The notes under the pieces were generated by a model. That model was not told where the DNA came from, did no database searches, and was given only the letters and a program-made list of their open reading frames with translations. The position numbers and the translations under genes are program-made. DNA of 64,000 nt from Eledone cirrhosa (lineage: Eukaryota): contig OZ024744.1 in NCBI GenBank assembly GCA_964016885.1, forward strand, positions 78,554,001 through 78,618,000. Direction: 5' to 3'. Of this stretch, positions 24,615-36,184 are shown piece after piece (position 1 is the first letter of the stretch; each line of letters begins with the position of its first letter).

Positions 24615-26559
24615 ACAACAACACAGCTTCATCTTTGCTTTATCAACAACCAAAACCAGCAGAACAAAACACAGAGAATTTATTTTTGCAGCACTCTTCC
24701 TGTGAGAAAATCCCACCGCCTTTGGAGGTTGGGAATTTCACGTTGTACCACAGTCCAGAAACCACATGCATACATTCTCTGGAACACACTCTCTTTCCTG
24801 CTGTCATGTGATTGTACACATGTGAACTTTATTTTTGAACATTTGAATTTTTTTTTTTAATAACTATGTTCGAGCACTTTTCTTTGCTCCTTTGACCTCT
24901 TCTTTTAGTTTGATTACATTGTATCTGTGTGTGATGGATAGATAGATGTTCAGTCGTTCTCTGGTCAAGAGCGGTTGGCTACCTTGATATCTATCATTGA
25001 TTTTTGCATGCTTATATTTTGATGTTTTGCTTTTATTGCAAACATTATTTTTTTGTAATTTTCATGCCTGGACTTTGGTGTTACATGCTCGCCATCTTAC
25101 TTCATACATGGTTGATTCGATTTTTATGTTTTAAAAATATGGCGGGAGGTAATGTAGCAAGAGTTGCCTCCCTTGTTATGACGATCACATTACTAGTAGC
25201 GCTCTCTAGACAGGAAGTAGCTGGAGTTACTTCCCGTTGAGGTGGCAGAACCTTCTTTCTCACTTCCGTCCAGGGACCCTATAAAGGAGAGAGCTGAAAG
25301 CTATCTCCCTCTCTTTTAACCTGTCTGGCCCTTCGGCCAGGCGCGTTCCGCCGAGGGTATACTCTCTGGTAACCTGAACATGATAATGTAAAGACCTCCT
25401 GGTCTCTTGCGCGATGACTTCAAAACGGTAAACAACTAACTTTAATTCATTCTTTCATCTCTCTTGGCATGTCAACTATTCAGCTCTACGTAGCTCAACC
25501 TTGTTAAATAAATATTGTACATACAACACAGTGTCTTGTTATATTCATACAACCCAGTATCCTGTTATAGATGTTATGTATTAAAAAAAATGTTTAAACA
25601 AATGATTCTGTAGCGCTCTCTAGACAAGGGAAGTAGCTAGAGTTACTTCCCGTTGAAATTCTAGAACCTTCTTTGAACTTCTATTCAAAGGCTTATAAAA
25701 GAGTGAACTGAAGTTCATCTCCCGCTCTTTTGCCGATCAACCCTGGAAGTGATCACATCGAGCGCAAGTATGCTAACCTTTTTCCAACCACATCTTATGG
25801 TTCAGGATTATACCTTATTATGCCAAGAGGACCTTTGTGTACCACCTTTGTAACATGGACTACAATAAATGCAAGTTTTTTCGATACTCGTTTTCAGAAA
25901 CTTGTTATGCTTCAGTCATTACTTCTAATGTAGTGAGAGATAATTCTCACGCGAAATGAATTTGTATGAAAATTCTTCTCTTATTTTTATTAAATTTAGT
26001 AGTTGGGATCCGGTGGTACTTACTGGAGTAAGTAACCCTGGTACTAGCTCACTAAAAATGGTGACCTCCGAATACGCAGCAAAACAAATTCATTCATTCA
26101 ACAGCGTATAAAAGTAGTGACAAATATTTCCATACACTATTACAACTTAATGCTACACAAATATTGCTAAACAACTCCACTAAAATGGTAAACCCTGTGG
26201 TTAGAAAAAGCTATCTCACTTACCGCTTTTCATAGGCGCCGCTAAATCCCACTGCTGGTTTCTCCTCTTCCACGTGCGTCCAACTCATTAACACCGGGAG
26301 CTGCCAAAAAACTCGCGTCCACACCGTTCCTGGTCACCACTAGAGAGAGGCCGATCTGCTGGCCCTTCCGGTCGAGCACCCTTCCGGTCAAGCACTCTTC
26401 CGGTCGAGCACTTCCCAGCTTCCGGCTACCGCACGCCACACCATACCGCCCCCCTTGATCTCAAGGATCAATTTCCCCCTCGTCCTTCTGCATATGAAAG
26501 TCTGCTGTTCAGGTTGGTGGTTTGCGACTTCTTTGCGATCTCCGCAGTGTTGGGGCGGC

Positions 26560-29500
26560 ACTTTGGGTTTCCTCTTCCTCTTCCTCGGATATCCAGGACA
26601 TGACGTGGTACTCCGTCCACGGACACATTGTTCTGGGAATTTACGGCCGTCACCGTTCCCCTTCCCCATTGAGATGTGCAACGTGCATCTGGGGCCTTAA
26701 CCCAGACTTCTTCGTCCACCTGCACGAATGCACTGTCTCTCCCCACTGGCCGTTGTGGTGGCGTGCAAGGGTGCCGCCACTCGTATCTGAATACTGCTCT
26801 GTGTGGCACCGATTCCTCGACCTGTCCCACCCTAGGGGACATGTTGTACCAGAACACTGCCTCCATTGGTGAGATATGGCCCCGCTCCGCCATTGCCTTG
26901 ATCGTCCGGTGGTGTCACTCCACAATTCCATTCCCGCTCGGCCTGTGCGCTGCTCTGAAGAAACGGTCCACCTTCCATCCATCGAGCATCTCCCTCAGCG
27001 CCTCCGGGCCGAAGGCTGCGCTGTTGTCCATCAGCAGTTCGTCCACAGGGCCCAGCTCCAAGAACACCTCTCTCAACGTCCGCATGATTTCCTCGGCCGT
27101 TCCAGTCTTCATCTCCTTCCATTTCGCCATCTGTCCTGGTCCACAGTCGACCATCGAGAGGTACGTTCCCTGTCGGTAGTGCGTCACATCCACCGCCAAT
27201 CGCTTCCAGTCGCGATCCACCGGGAGGCTTTCCGTTTCGTGAACACCCGGGGCGGGATCAATGGACTGACATCGGACGCAGCCTCTAACCACCCTTTGAA
27301 CACTGTGTCTGTTAACGTCCGAGTCGATTCTCCTGGCTAGGAACAGGCTCCTATCCACTCCCATGTGGTGCATGTCATGCAACCCTTTCAGATCCGACTC
27401 GGTCAGCCGACACACGGCAGCTATCTCATCTTCTACCTCCTCCGGCGCTTCCATCCAGGCTTTCTTCACCCTAGTTAAGACGTCCGCCCTATTTTTCTCT
27501 GAGGGCACGAAAACTACGCTCAGGTCGAACTCGGTGGCCAGCTCTCCTAAAGTTCCCAAGCGGCGCATTATCAGCGTCTCAGCCGCCCCTCTCGTTCGCA
27601 CTCTCTTCTCACTGGTGAGCACTGATCTCACCCATCCGAGTACAGTAGCCGAGTCGGTGCGTATCTCGATGGTGCGCAGTCCCCTCCTCAGGGGGAGGTT
27701 CCCCCCTCTCAACACTCCGTCCAGTTCAGCCACATTGATATGGTTGCAGTGGTCCTTCTTCCTAAGCCAAGCTGTATCCTCGACCTCAGCATCTCCTATC
27801 TCCAACGTGACACCCAGCGCTATGCTGCTGGCATCGCACCATACGGTCCCACTCTGCGATTTGGGAACACACCAACGTCCCCGCACTGGGTTGTCGGCCT
27901 TCACCCTCCCCACGATCTCCTGCATCATGGCCACCGTCCTCTCTCCCACTCTGTCACCCCTCCCGCTCGTCTCTTGACATAGCTGCATGCCGTCCGGAGC
28001 CACCCAGCAATCGGGTAGTGACCCACCAACTTTCCACACACCGAGAAAAGCTCCCGCCTACTCATACTTGGGCCCAGTTCTGGAACTTCATTTCCCCTCT
28101 GGAATACCAAGACGCCCGTCCTGTCTCGCCGTAGCCTAAGTCCCAGCGCAGCTCCTCCCTCCAACGCTTCTGACGGCTTCGCAGCCAGTCCATACCCCTG
28201 TAAATGGCTCGTGACCTCCGCCGCCGACACCACAGACTCGTCCACTAGGATGTCGTCAATGTAGGAGTTAGTGGCCCTCTTCATCTTGTCGGCCTTTCCC
28301 AGAATGGTCTTGAGGACCGCCGCCATGATCTTCGGTGCGGAGCTCAGCCCGAAACCGAGCCTGGTCAGGCAATATGTCCGGCCCTTATACCTGACCAGCT
28401 GATACTGCCAGAGCTTCTCATTTATATGCAATTGCAAGTATGCCGACTTTAGATCTACGATTGCTGAACCCCCCGTCATGCGTCTCCACTCACGCAGGGT
28501 TTCCCCACAGACATCCGTGACCTCGCCACCCGTGTGGCATGACACGTGCTCGTTCAGCTCCCGAAAGTCCAGCACCGGCCTCACCTTGTTCTTCGTGGGT
28601 TGCGCCACCGCCATTAACGGCAATACTCCGCACTTCACTTCCTCTTTCCAGGGAAGCAGTATACCCTCCTCAATCCATCTCTCTACCTCGCTCCTAATGT
28701 TTCCCTTCAATGTGTGTTGATAGCAGCCCACTTTGGTCTTCAGTGTTAGTGGTTCTCCCTTCCAGTACCACTCAACAACCCATCACTGCCCATCGAACAC
28801 GGCCTTGAAGTCTTTGTCCTGCACAGTGTAAGCGGGGTATTCTCCTCGTGGGCCTTCTGGTTCTCCTGTCGCGTACTCACAGCGCATACTGATGCAGAGC
28901 CGCCAAACGACACACCGACGTTGTTCACTGTGACGCCTCCTAGATGGCCAATTGCGTCCATGCCCATAACCACGCCGATCCCATCCACCACGTTGTCAAC
29001 TACGATGGCAGAAAGCTTTATTTTCCTTCCCCGTACCGCTATCTCCTCCTCGCTGCGACCTCGGCATTCAATTTTCCTGCCGTCGACTGCCCTTACACTG
29101 CTCTTCCCTCTCCACCTCTGCGCCACCCCCGCGGTCACCAGTGTCGTCGTACAGCCCGTGTCCACGAGGGCTCGCTGTCGCTTTCCCCTCACGAAGACTT
29201 CCACCACGGGCAGCGCCTCTACTCGTAAGGGGCAACTACCGGCGCAGTAGTTCCCCTTGGATCGTTTCCCTGGTCGCATACACCGGTAGCATATTATTTC
29301 CGGCCTTGACTCTCGACAGTCTCTCGTCATATGCGGGCCCTGGCACCTAAAACAACGACCTCTAAACGTTCGCGGGCAACCGCGTGCCGTGGTTGCCTCC
29401 CTTTCACCATTTCGCTGCCAGCTGTCTTGAGCCTCTGTAGTTGCTATCGCCGCGACACTCTTCTTGGCATCTTCTGCTATGATCCGGGCTTGTTCCACCA

Positions 29501-29954
29501 GTGAACACATTTCCATTTCTTTGTAACCCGGGACTTGATGCAGTTTCACCGCTATATCATCTGGAAATCCATTTATGAACGCCAACCGCACCGTGCATTC
29601 GCATTCCACCTGATATCCAGCCAACATGGCCAATCGCCGTATTTCCGCTGCGAAAATGTCAACGCGTTCACCGTTCCATCTAATTCTTGCCAGCTTAGCA
29701 AAAGCGGCTAACGGTCCCTCTGTGAACGCTTCCATCATGCGCCTCTCAATCTTTTGCGCATCTCTTTGGCTGTGTTCATCCAACTCAAGGAAGAGTACCA
29801 ACGCGTCCCTCTCGAGGTACAGTGCCATGAGGCCAGCCACATCTTCTATCTTCTGTAAGCTTGCGACCAGCCGGACTTTTCGCAGCCAAGCGACAACATC
29901 GCCTTCACCGGTAAATGCCCTAATCGCTTCGCACGTTCGTAGTCTCGTCGCCAT
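26560..29954 (-). pseudogene. gag-pol of element C with few disruptions
   Basis: CFRCQGPHMTRDC knuckle, ALVDTGC, RPVLDFRELN, VDLKSAY, LGFGLSSAP, YIDD, WCDAS/AEL/RTDS/NRAD, HHCC, AVDVT..MDNS..GNGIVE. Confidence 0.93.
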
Positions 29955-30064
29955 ATCCTAATTTGTCTTGCGGTACGTGATAAAAAAAACAACAACAGAC
30001 TCCTCTCTCTTTTTCCAGTACCTTTTTTTTTTTTTTTTTTTTCAATCAGATCTCAGTTTCCAGT

Positions 30065-30076
30065 GCCGAAATAGCT
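30065..30076 (-). promoter_or_regulatory. Putative non-canonical primer binding site complementary to tRNA-Phe nt 1-12
   Basis: Plus strand GCCGAAATAGCT directly abuts the 5' LTR; identical to the 5' end of metazoan tRNA-Phe(GAA). Confidence 0.75.
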
Positions 30077-30598
30077 TGTGGTTAGAAAAATCTATCTCAC
30101 TTACCGCTTTTCATAGGCGCCGCTAAATCCCATGGCTGATTTCTCCCCTTCCACGTGCGTCCAACTCATTAACACCGGGAGCTGCCAAAAAACTTGCGTC
30201 CACACCGTTCCTGGTCACCACTAGAGAGAGGCCGATCTGCTGGCCCTTCCGGTCGAGCACCCTTCCGGCCAAGCACCCTTCCGGTCAAGCACTCTTCCAG
30301 TCAAGCACTCCCCAGCTTCCGGCCACCGCATGCCACACCATGCTCACAAACCCAACAACTACACAGTAAAGAAAAATTATTCACGACTCCAGGAAATTCG
30401 TTTTATTTCAGTCAGTTCGTGTGGGGCAAACCAAATAGAAAACAAAATTTTTGTCTCTCGTGTCGTCAATTCAACCAAGCTTTCGTTTTGAAGTCGCCAT
30501 CTTACTTGCTCAGTGCTACATTTTACTTCAGCTATTCATAGTACTACCACGTGTGCGGTAGTTGAAACTAATTTCGCTCAGCGGCTACTGTGTTCATC

Positions 30599-33500
30599 AT
30601 GAGCAATTCTTTGTTACCGACATATTCTGGTGATGTAAAGTTGTGGTTTGCACAACTGGAGTCGTATTTTGTTGCCCATGGCGTTCAAGCGGCACAACAA
30701 AGATTACACGTGCTCATAAGTGGAATTCCTGCATCGCTCGCAACCTCAGTGAAAGACATAATCAAAGATCCTTTACAAGGCACATCTTACGAAACCCTAA
30801 AGGCAGAAGTGATCAGACGGAACAGCCGTTCGTCTGAGAGCAGATTTCGTTCCTTGTTGGAGGAGGAAAACCTGGGAGACAGAACCCCATCTTAGTTTTT
30901 ACGGTGCATCCGGGAACTGAGCGACTCAACAGCAGAGGACAACTCTTTCGTGAAACAATTATTATTCTCCCGTTTGCCAACAAATGTGCAGACCATATTG
31001 GCAAATATCGTCGACACCAGTTCTCTGGACCAAATTGTAGCCTCGGCAGATCGCATAATGGAATTTTCTCGTGTGCCTACTTCGGCAGATTCACTCATTG
31101 CTTCTTCTACCTTTAAAACACAGCCTGCTTCACTTTGTGAGGACTCTATGTTGAGAGCCATTGACGCGTTAGTTCGTCAAGTGGCTAAACTGTGTCGGCA
31201 GCGAACACCATCCCGGTAGCGTTCACGGAATCGGTCTCCTTCTCTTCATCATCGCGCCAACCTCCCCGCCAACAACTCGTCTTTGTGTTGGTATCACGTG
31301 TGTTTTCGTGAAAAGGCGAAACATTGTATTCAGCCCTGCTCTTTCGCGACCTCGGAAAACTAAAATTGGAGAGTCTGGGCACGGCAGACCTCTCCCTTAA
31401 CAATTCACCTTATCCTGCTTTCTTCATCAAAGATCGAGCTTCAAACAAATCATTTATGGTCGACACAGGATTTAGTTGCAGTATTTGGCCTCTTCGGTTC
31501 AGCTCTACGAAGCCAAATCTGTTCGGCATTTCCTTGTATGCAGTAAACCAATCTCCTATAAAAATTTATGGACAAATATCTTTATCATTGGACCTAGCTT
31601 TGCGTCGAGATTTCAAATAGATTTTCGTCGTTGTGGACCTACTTCATCCTATTCTCGGTGCTGATTTATTACAAAACTAGTCACTGTTGGTAGATATCAG
31701 GAGACAGAAACTTGTGGATGGTACCACATCCTTATCTACGCCTGCTCGTAAGTCTACTGCTACTGTCATAAGTCCCGCGTGTTTTATAGCTGCCTCTGGA
31801 AACCAGTTTCATTCACTTCTTGCCTCGTTTCCCGAGTTAACTGACATTTCATTTAAACCGCACCAAGTAGTCCACTCAACTCGACATTTTATTATAACAA
31901 CTGCTCCGCCTGTTTTTTCTCGTCCACGTAGGTTGGCTCCGGACAGGTTAAAGAAAGCCAAGGATGAGTTCGAACACATGCTTCAGCTTGGTCTTATACG
32001 ACAGTCCACGAGCCCATGGACATCTCCGCTTCACTTGGCTCGTAAGGGTGAAGCGTATTTTAGACCTGTGGGAGATTATAGACGACTTAATGCCATCACT
32101 ACACCTTATCGTTATCCTTTACCAAATTTACAGGATTTTTCATCCGTTCTGCATGGATGCAAGATATTTTCTAAAATAGATCTGGTATGGGCTTACCATC
32201 AAATACCCATGCATCCAGAAGACATACAAAAAACAACTGTGACCACTCCTTTTGGTTCGTTTGAATTTCTGTCCATGCCTTTTGGTTTGCAGAATGCCTC
32301 TAGAACGTTCCAGCGTTTTATCGATGAAGTCACGCGTGGATTGGATTTCGTGTTTGCTTACGTGGATGATCTCCTGATAGCCAGTGATTCAGCTGAACAT
32401 CATCATCAACATCTATCCCAGTTATTTCAACGTCTCCAATCGTACCAAGTCAGAATCAACCCAGCTAAGTGTGTTTTTGGTACAGATTCACTGGAATTCC
32501 TTGGACATCTTATAGATTCAGAAGGCATTCGACCTTTGCCATCTAAGGTAGAAGCGATTCAGCATATCGCACCACCAACATCCTTGAAACAATTACGTCA
32601 TTTCTTGTGATTAATTAACTTTTATCGTCGTTTCATTCCTAACTGTGCGGACAAGTTGTTCCCCTTGACACAGTTTTTAAAGGTTGCAAAAAAGAAAGAT
32701 GCCCCTATTTCACTTTCTGCCGATGCTTTGCAGTCTTTTGAATCTGTCAAGTCTGAGCTAGCTGAAGTTTCCTTCCTTGCCCATCCTGTTGCAAACGCGA
32801 GACTTTCCTTATCTGTTGATGCACCCGATCATGCTGTTGGTGCAGTCTTGCAACATGCAATCGATCACCAGGTTCAACCACTGGCGTTCTTCTCACGCCA
32901 ACTAAAACCAGCAGAGCAACGTTACAGTACTTTTGACAGAGAGCTTCTAGCGATTTATCTTGCTGTGAGACATCTCCACAATCTTCTTGAAGGTCGGAAG
33001 TTCACAGTATTCACAGACCATAAACCACTCACATTCGCTCTTCAAACCAAGTCCAACAGGTACTCTCCTAGAGCGTATAGGCACCTGGATCTCATCTCAC
33101 AGTACACCAATGACATTCGTCACATAGCTGGAACTGCCAACATACCTGCGGACGCACTATCTCGACTTTCTGTGTATTCTCTTGCGTCTCCTGCACATAT
33201 CGATTTGGTTGTCATAGCAACTGACCAACCTACTTTGGATTCGTTGGACATTTCTTCTACCCAGTTTTCCTGCTGAAAATTTAAATATTTACCTCTTCCA
33301 TCTTCTGAAGGAAAAATTCTTTGCGATATTTCACCCAGACCGCTTGTTTCGGATTGTCATCAACGTCTCGTTTTTGATGCACTTCATTCTCTGTCACATC
33401 CCGGCATAGCTGCCACGGTGAAGTTTATTACGGCTCGATTTTTCTGGCCTAATATGCGTCGTTTAGTCACCGGTTGGGCACGTTCTTGTTTGAAGTGTCA

Positions 33501-34453
33501 GCGCTCTAAGATTTATCGGCATGTCCGCGCTCCACTTGGGAAATTCAGCCCGCCAGACGCATGTTCCGTCATATTCACATGGATATTGTTGGTCCGTGGC
33601 CCGTTAGTCGTGGGTTCACATACATATTGACTTGTATCGATCGTTTCTCTCGGTGGCCTGAAGTCATACCCCTAATGGACATAACAGCAGAGTCCGTTAC
33701 CCGAGCTTTCATTTCCAATTGGATTGCTCGCTTTGGTGTTCCTACTAAAATAACTACGGATCGTGGACGCCAATTTGAAGCTTCCTTATTTCGTGAAATA
33801 TCACAACTCTTGGGTGCTCATCACATTCATACGACCAGCTATCACCCAGCCTCCAATGGAATGGTGGAGAGGTTTCATAGACAGTTGAAGCTTCTCTTCG
33901 CGCTACTCCTGATCCGCAACGTTGGACCAAATTTTTGCCAATCATGCTTCTTGGTTGTCGTTCTGCCATTAAGACAGATTTAGGTTTTTCTGCTGAACTT
34001 CTTTATGGTATCACATTGTCTCTTCCTGGACAAATGTTAGCACTGGTGGATTCATCACATCTTGACCCAGCATCATATGTCGCCAGGATTCGTTCGTATT
34101 TCTCGGATCTTCCACCGATGAACCCTCGTGACCAGTCTATTTCTTTTGCTATCCCATCGGACATCTCTACGTGGACGCATATTTTTATACGGAATGATTC
34201 CGTCAAGGGACCGCTCACGTCACCCTACAATGGACCTTTTCGTGTGCTTTCGCACACACCCAAACATTTCACAGTGGCTGTCAATGGTCGAAAAGAGACA
34301 ATATCCATTGACAGAGCAAAGAAGGCTTTCTCCGAAAGTCTCATTACACTGCCTGACATACCTCGTACATACACTCCCACACCAACACCTTCACCGCAAA
34401 CACTACATACCACACAACCTTATGTCACACGAGGTGGCAGGACGGTAAAATGA
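30599..34453 (+). pseudogene. gag-pol of element B with several stops and frameshifts
   Basis: LWFAQLE, LGDRTPS, CWYH..C..PC, MVDTG, DYRRLN, SKIDL, MPFGL, YVDD, RELLAI, FTDHKPL, HMDIVGP, TTDRGRQF, SNGMVER and SPYNGPF. Confidence 0.95.
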
Positions 34454-35283
34454 CCACAAAAACTCTCAAAAACAATATACATTTAACTCCTAGTGGCATT
34501 AACAAACTTCTTTTTCAGTTTTCAGGTAGAACTCGTGTCGGAAAGTCTGTACACTTGTGATGTATGAACTATTTGATTTTGAAGAAACTTTGAACTTACC
34601 ATTGAGCATTAATTTTCTCTGCTCCCTTATATTGACTTTGAAATTATCAGTTTGTTACATTCACAGTTTTCTTTGTAAAATGCATTTACGTTTTGTGCTT
34701 TTTTGCTATTTGCTTGCTCATGTTTTTTATTCATTCATATTCGTGTACCTTCTGTTTTGCTCCTCATTTCTTACGGGTTCTTGCTACAATGACCTTCGAT
34801 TGGTTATTCAACTTCTCATCTGAGAGGGGAGTCTAGTAGCGCTCTCTAGACAAGGAAAGTAGATAGAGTTACTTCCCATTGAAATTCTAGATCCTTCTTT
34901 GAACTTCCGCTCAAAAGCTTATAAAAGAGTGAACTGAAGTTTATCTCCCGCTCTTTTGCCGATCAACCCTGGAAGTGATCACATCGAGCGCAAGTATGCT
35001 AACCTTTTTCCAACCACATCTTATGGTTCAGGATTATACCTCATTATGCCAAGAGGACCTTTGTGTACCACCTTTGTAACATGGACTACAATAAATGCAA
35101 GTTTTTTCGATACTCGTTTTCAGAAACTTGTTATGCTTCAGTCATTACTTCTAATGTAGTGAGAGATAATTCTCACGCGAAATGAATTTGTATGAAAATT
35201 CTCTTATTTTTATTAAATTTAGTAGTTGGGATCCGGTGGTACTTACTGGAGTAAGTAACCCTGGAACCAGCTCACTAAAATTC

Positions 35284-35494
35284 CAACGATGTCTTAAATT
35301 GATTAAATGATGTTTTTCCATTACTATATTCATCTGTGGTTTATACAAATTATTTTTAAGTATAGTCAACATTCGTGATTAAATTTTAGCTTGTGTAATT
35401 TTCCATAGTTATTCTTTTATGGCCTTCATCCGGTCCGCTATCCATCATTAACACTCGATACGGCCCGTGGAGGCAAAGAAGTTGCCAACCCCTG
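35284..35494 (+). mobile_element. Right end of the hAT element whose transposase lies at 22790-23305
   Basis: cggcccg subterminal motif and TIR aagttgccaacccctg, followed by gtgtagac (Charlie-type target with central TA). Confidence 0.7.
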
Positions 35495-35549
35495 GTGTAG
35501 ACAAAGAGCAGCTATTCCATGTGATCTAAAAAAAAAAAAAGTCTGTCTT

Positions 35550-35790
35550 GAGCCTAGAGGCTTATCAGGCCAGTGCTTATCCTGGTTTCTGTGGCGATAA
35601 GCGACAGAGTACAAGACTCTGCATGGTTAACCCTCCAGCTATTGCTAGTACTCATTTTCAGTTGAGTTTACAGGAGCAACATGAAATGAAGTGTTTTGCT
35701 CAAGAATACAACACACTTCCCAGTACAGGAATCGAACCCATGATATTAGGACTGTAAGTCCAATACCCTTTCCACTAGACCACACACCTC
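35550..35790 (-). mobile_element. tRNA-derived SINE
   Basis: Minus strand has A box tggtctagtgg, B box ggttcgattcc, and cttgagcaaaacactt. Confidence 0.8.
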
Positions 35791-35937
35791 TATGTAGAAA
35801 ATAGCTGGAAAAAGTGAGATACCAAAAACAACATATACATGAATGATTCAAAGCTTGCTCAGACAAGAAAATAGACATTGTATGAAATTGTTGATGTGGA
35901 TAGTCAAAATATTACCACTCTTTCAGATCAATTATTT

Positions 35938-35994
<57 letters not shown>

Positions 35995-36066
35995 ATTAAC
36001 CTGTCATAACCATTAATTCTAATAAAAGACAGGACACTGCTTACAATTTTCAAATTGTGGGTACGG

Positions 36067-36170
36067 TGTGGTGTGTGGTGGCCGGAAGCTGGGGAGTGCT
36101 CGACCGGAAGGGCCAGCAGGTTGGCCTCTCTCTAGCGTGATCAGGAACGTGGCAGTTCCCGGTGTTAATA
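36067..36170 (+). mobile_element. LTR fragment of the element C family
   Basis: gccggaagctggggagtgctcgaccggaagggccagcag...ggcctctctctag matches the reverse complement of the C LTR. Confidence 0.8.
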
Positions 36171-36184
36171 ATTTTGAAAATAAT

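Larger units (their letters stand above)
23317..25569 (+). mobile_element. Non-autonomous LTR retrotransposon (element A), no pol
   Basis: LTRs 23317-23733 and 25153-25569 (about a dozen differences); TSD gatg; PBS tggtgaccccga; PPT ggcgggagg. Confidence 0.92.
26196..30348 (-). mobile_element. Compact LTR retrotransposon (element C) nested in the leader of B
   Basis: LTRs 30077-30348 (5') and 26196-~26445 (3'); TG..CA outer ends; 5-bp TSD aaccc; domain order gag-PR-RT-RH-IN. Confidence 0.95.
25609..35279 (+). mobile_element. Ty3/gypsy LTR retrotransposon (element B), full structure, ORFs decayed
   Basis: LTRs 25609-26056 and 34835-35279; TSD attc; PBS tggtgacctccga (26059); PPT gagaggggag (34822). 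Confidence 0.95.

Noticed and set aside
25730-25933. Identical 67-aa ORF in both B LTRs
   Set aside because: Non-ATG start; identity simply reflects LTR duplication
27363-27977. Plus-strand ORFs over element C (also 26676-27179 and 28921-29250)
   Set aside because: Antisense shadows of GC-rich gag-pol
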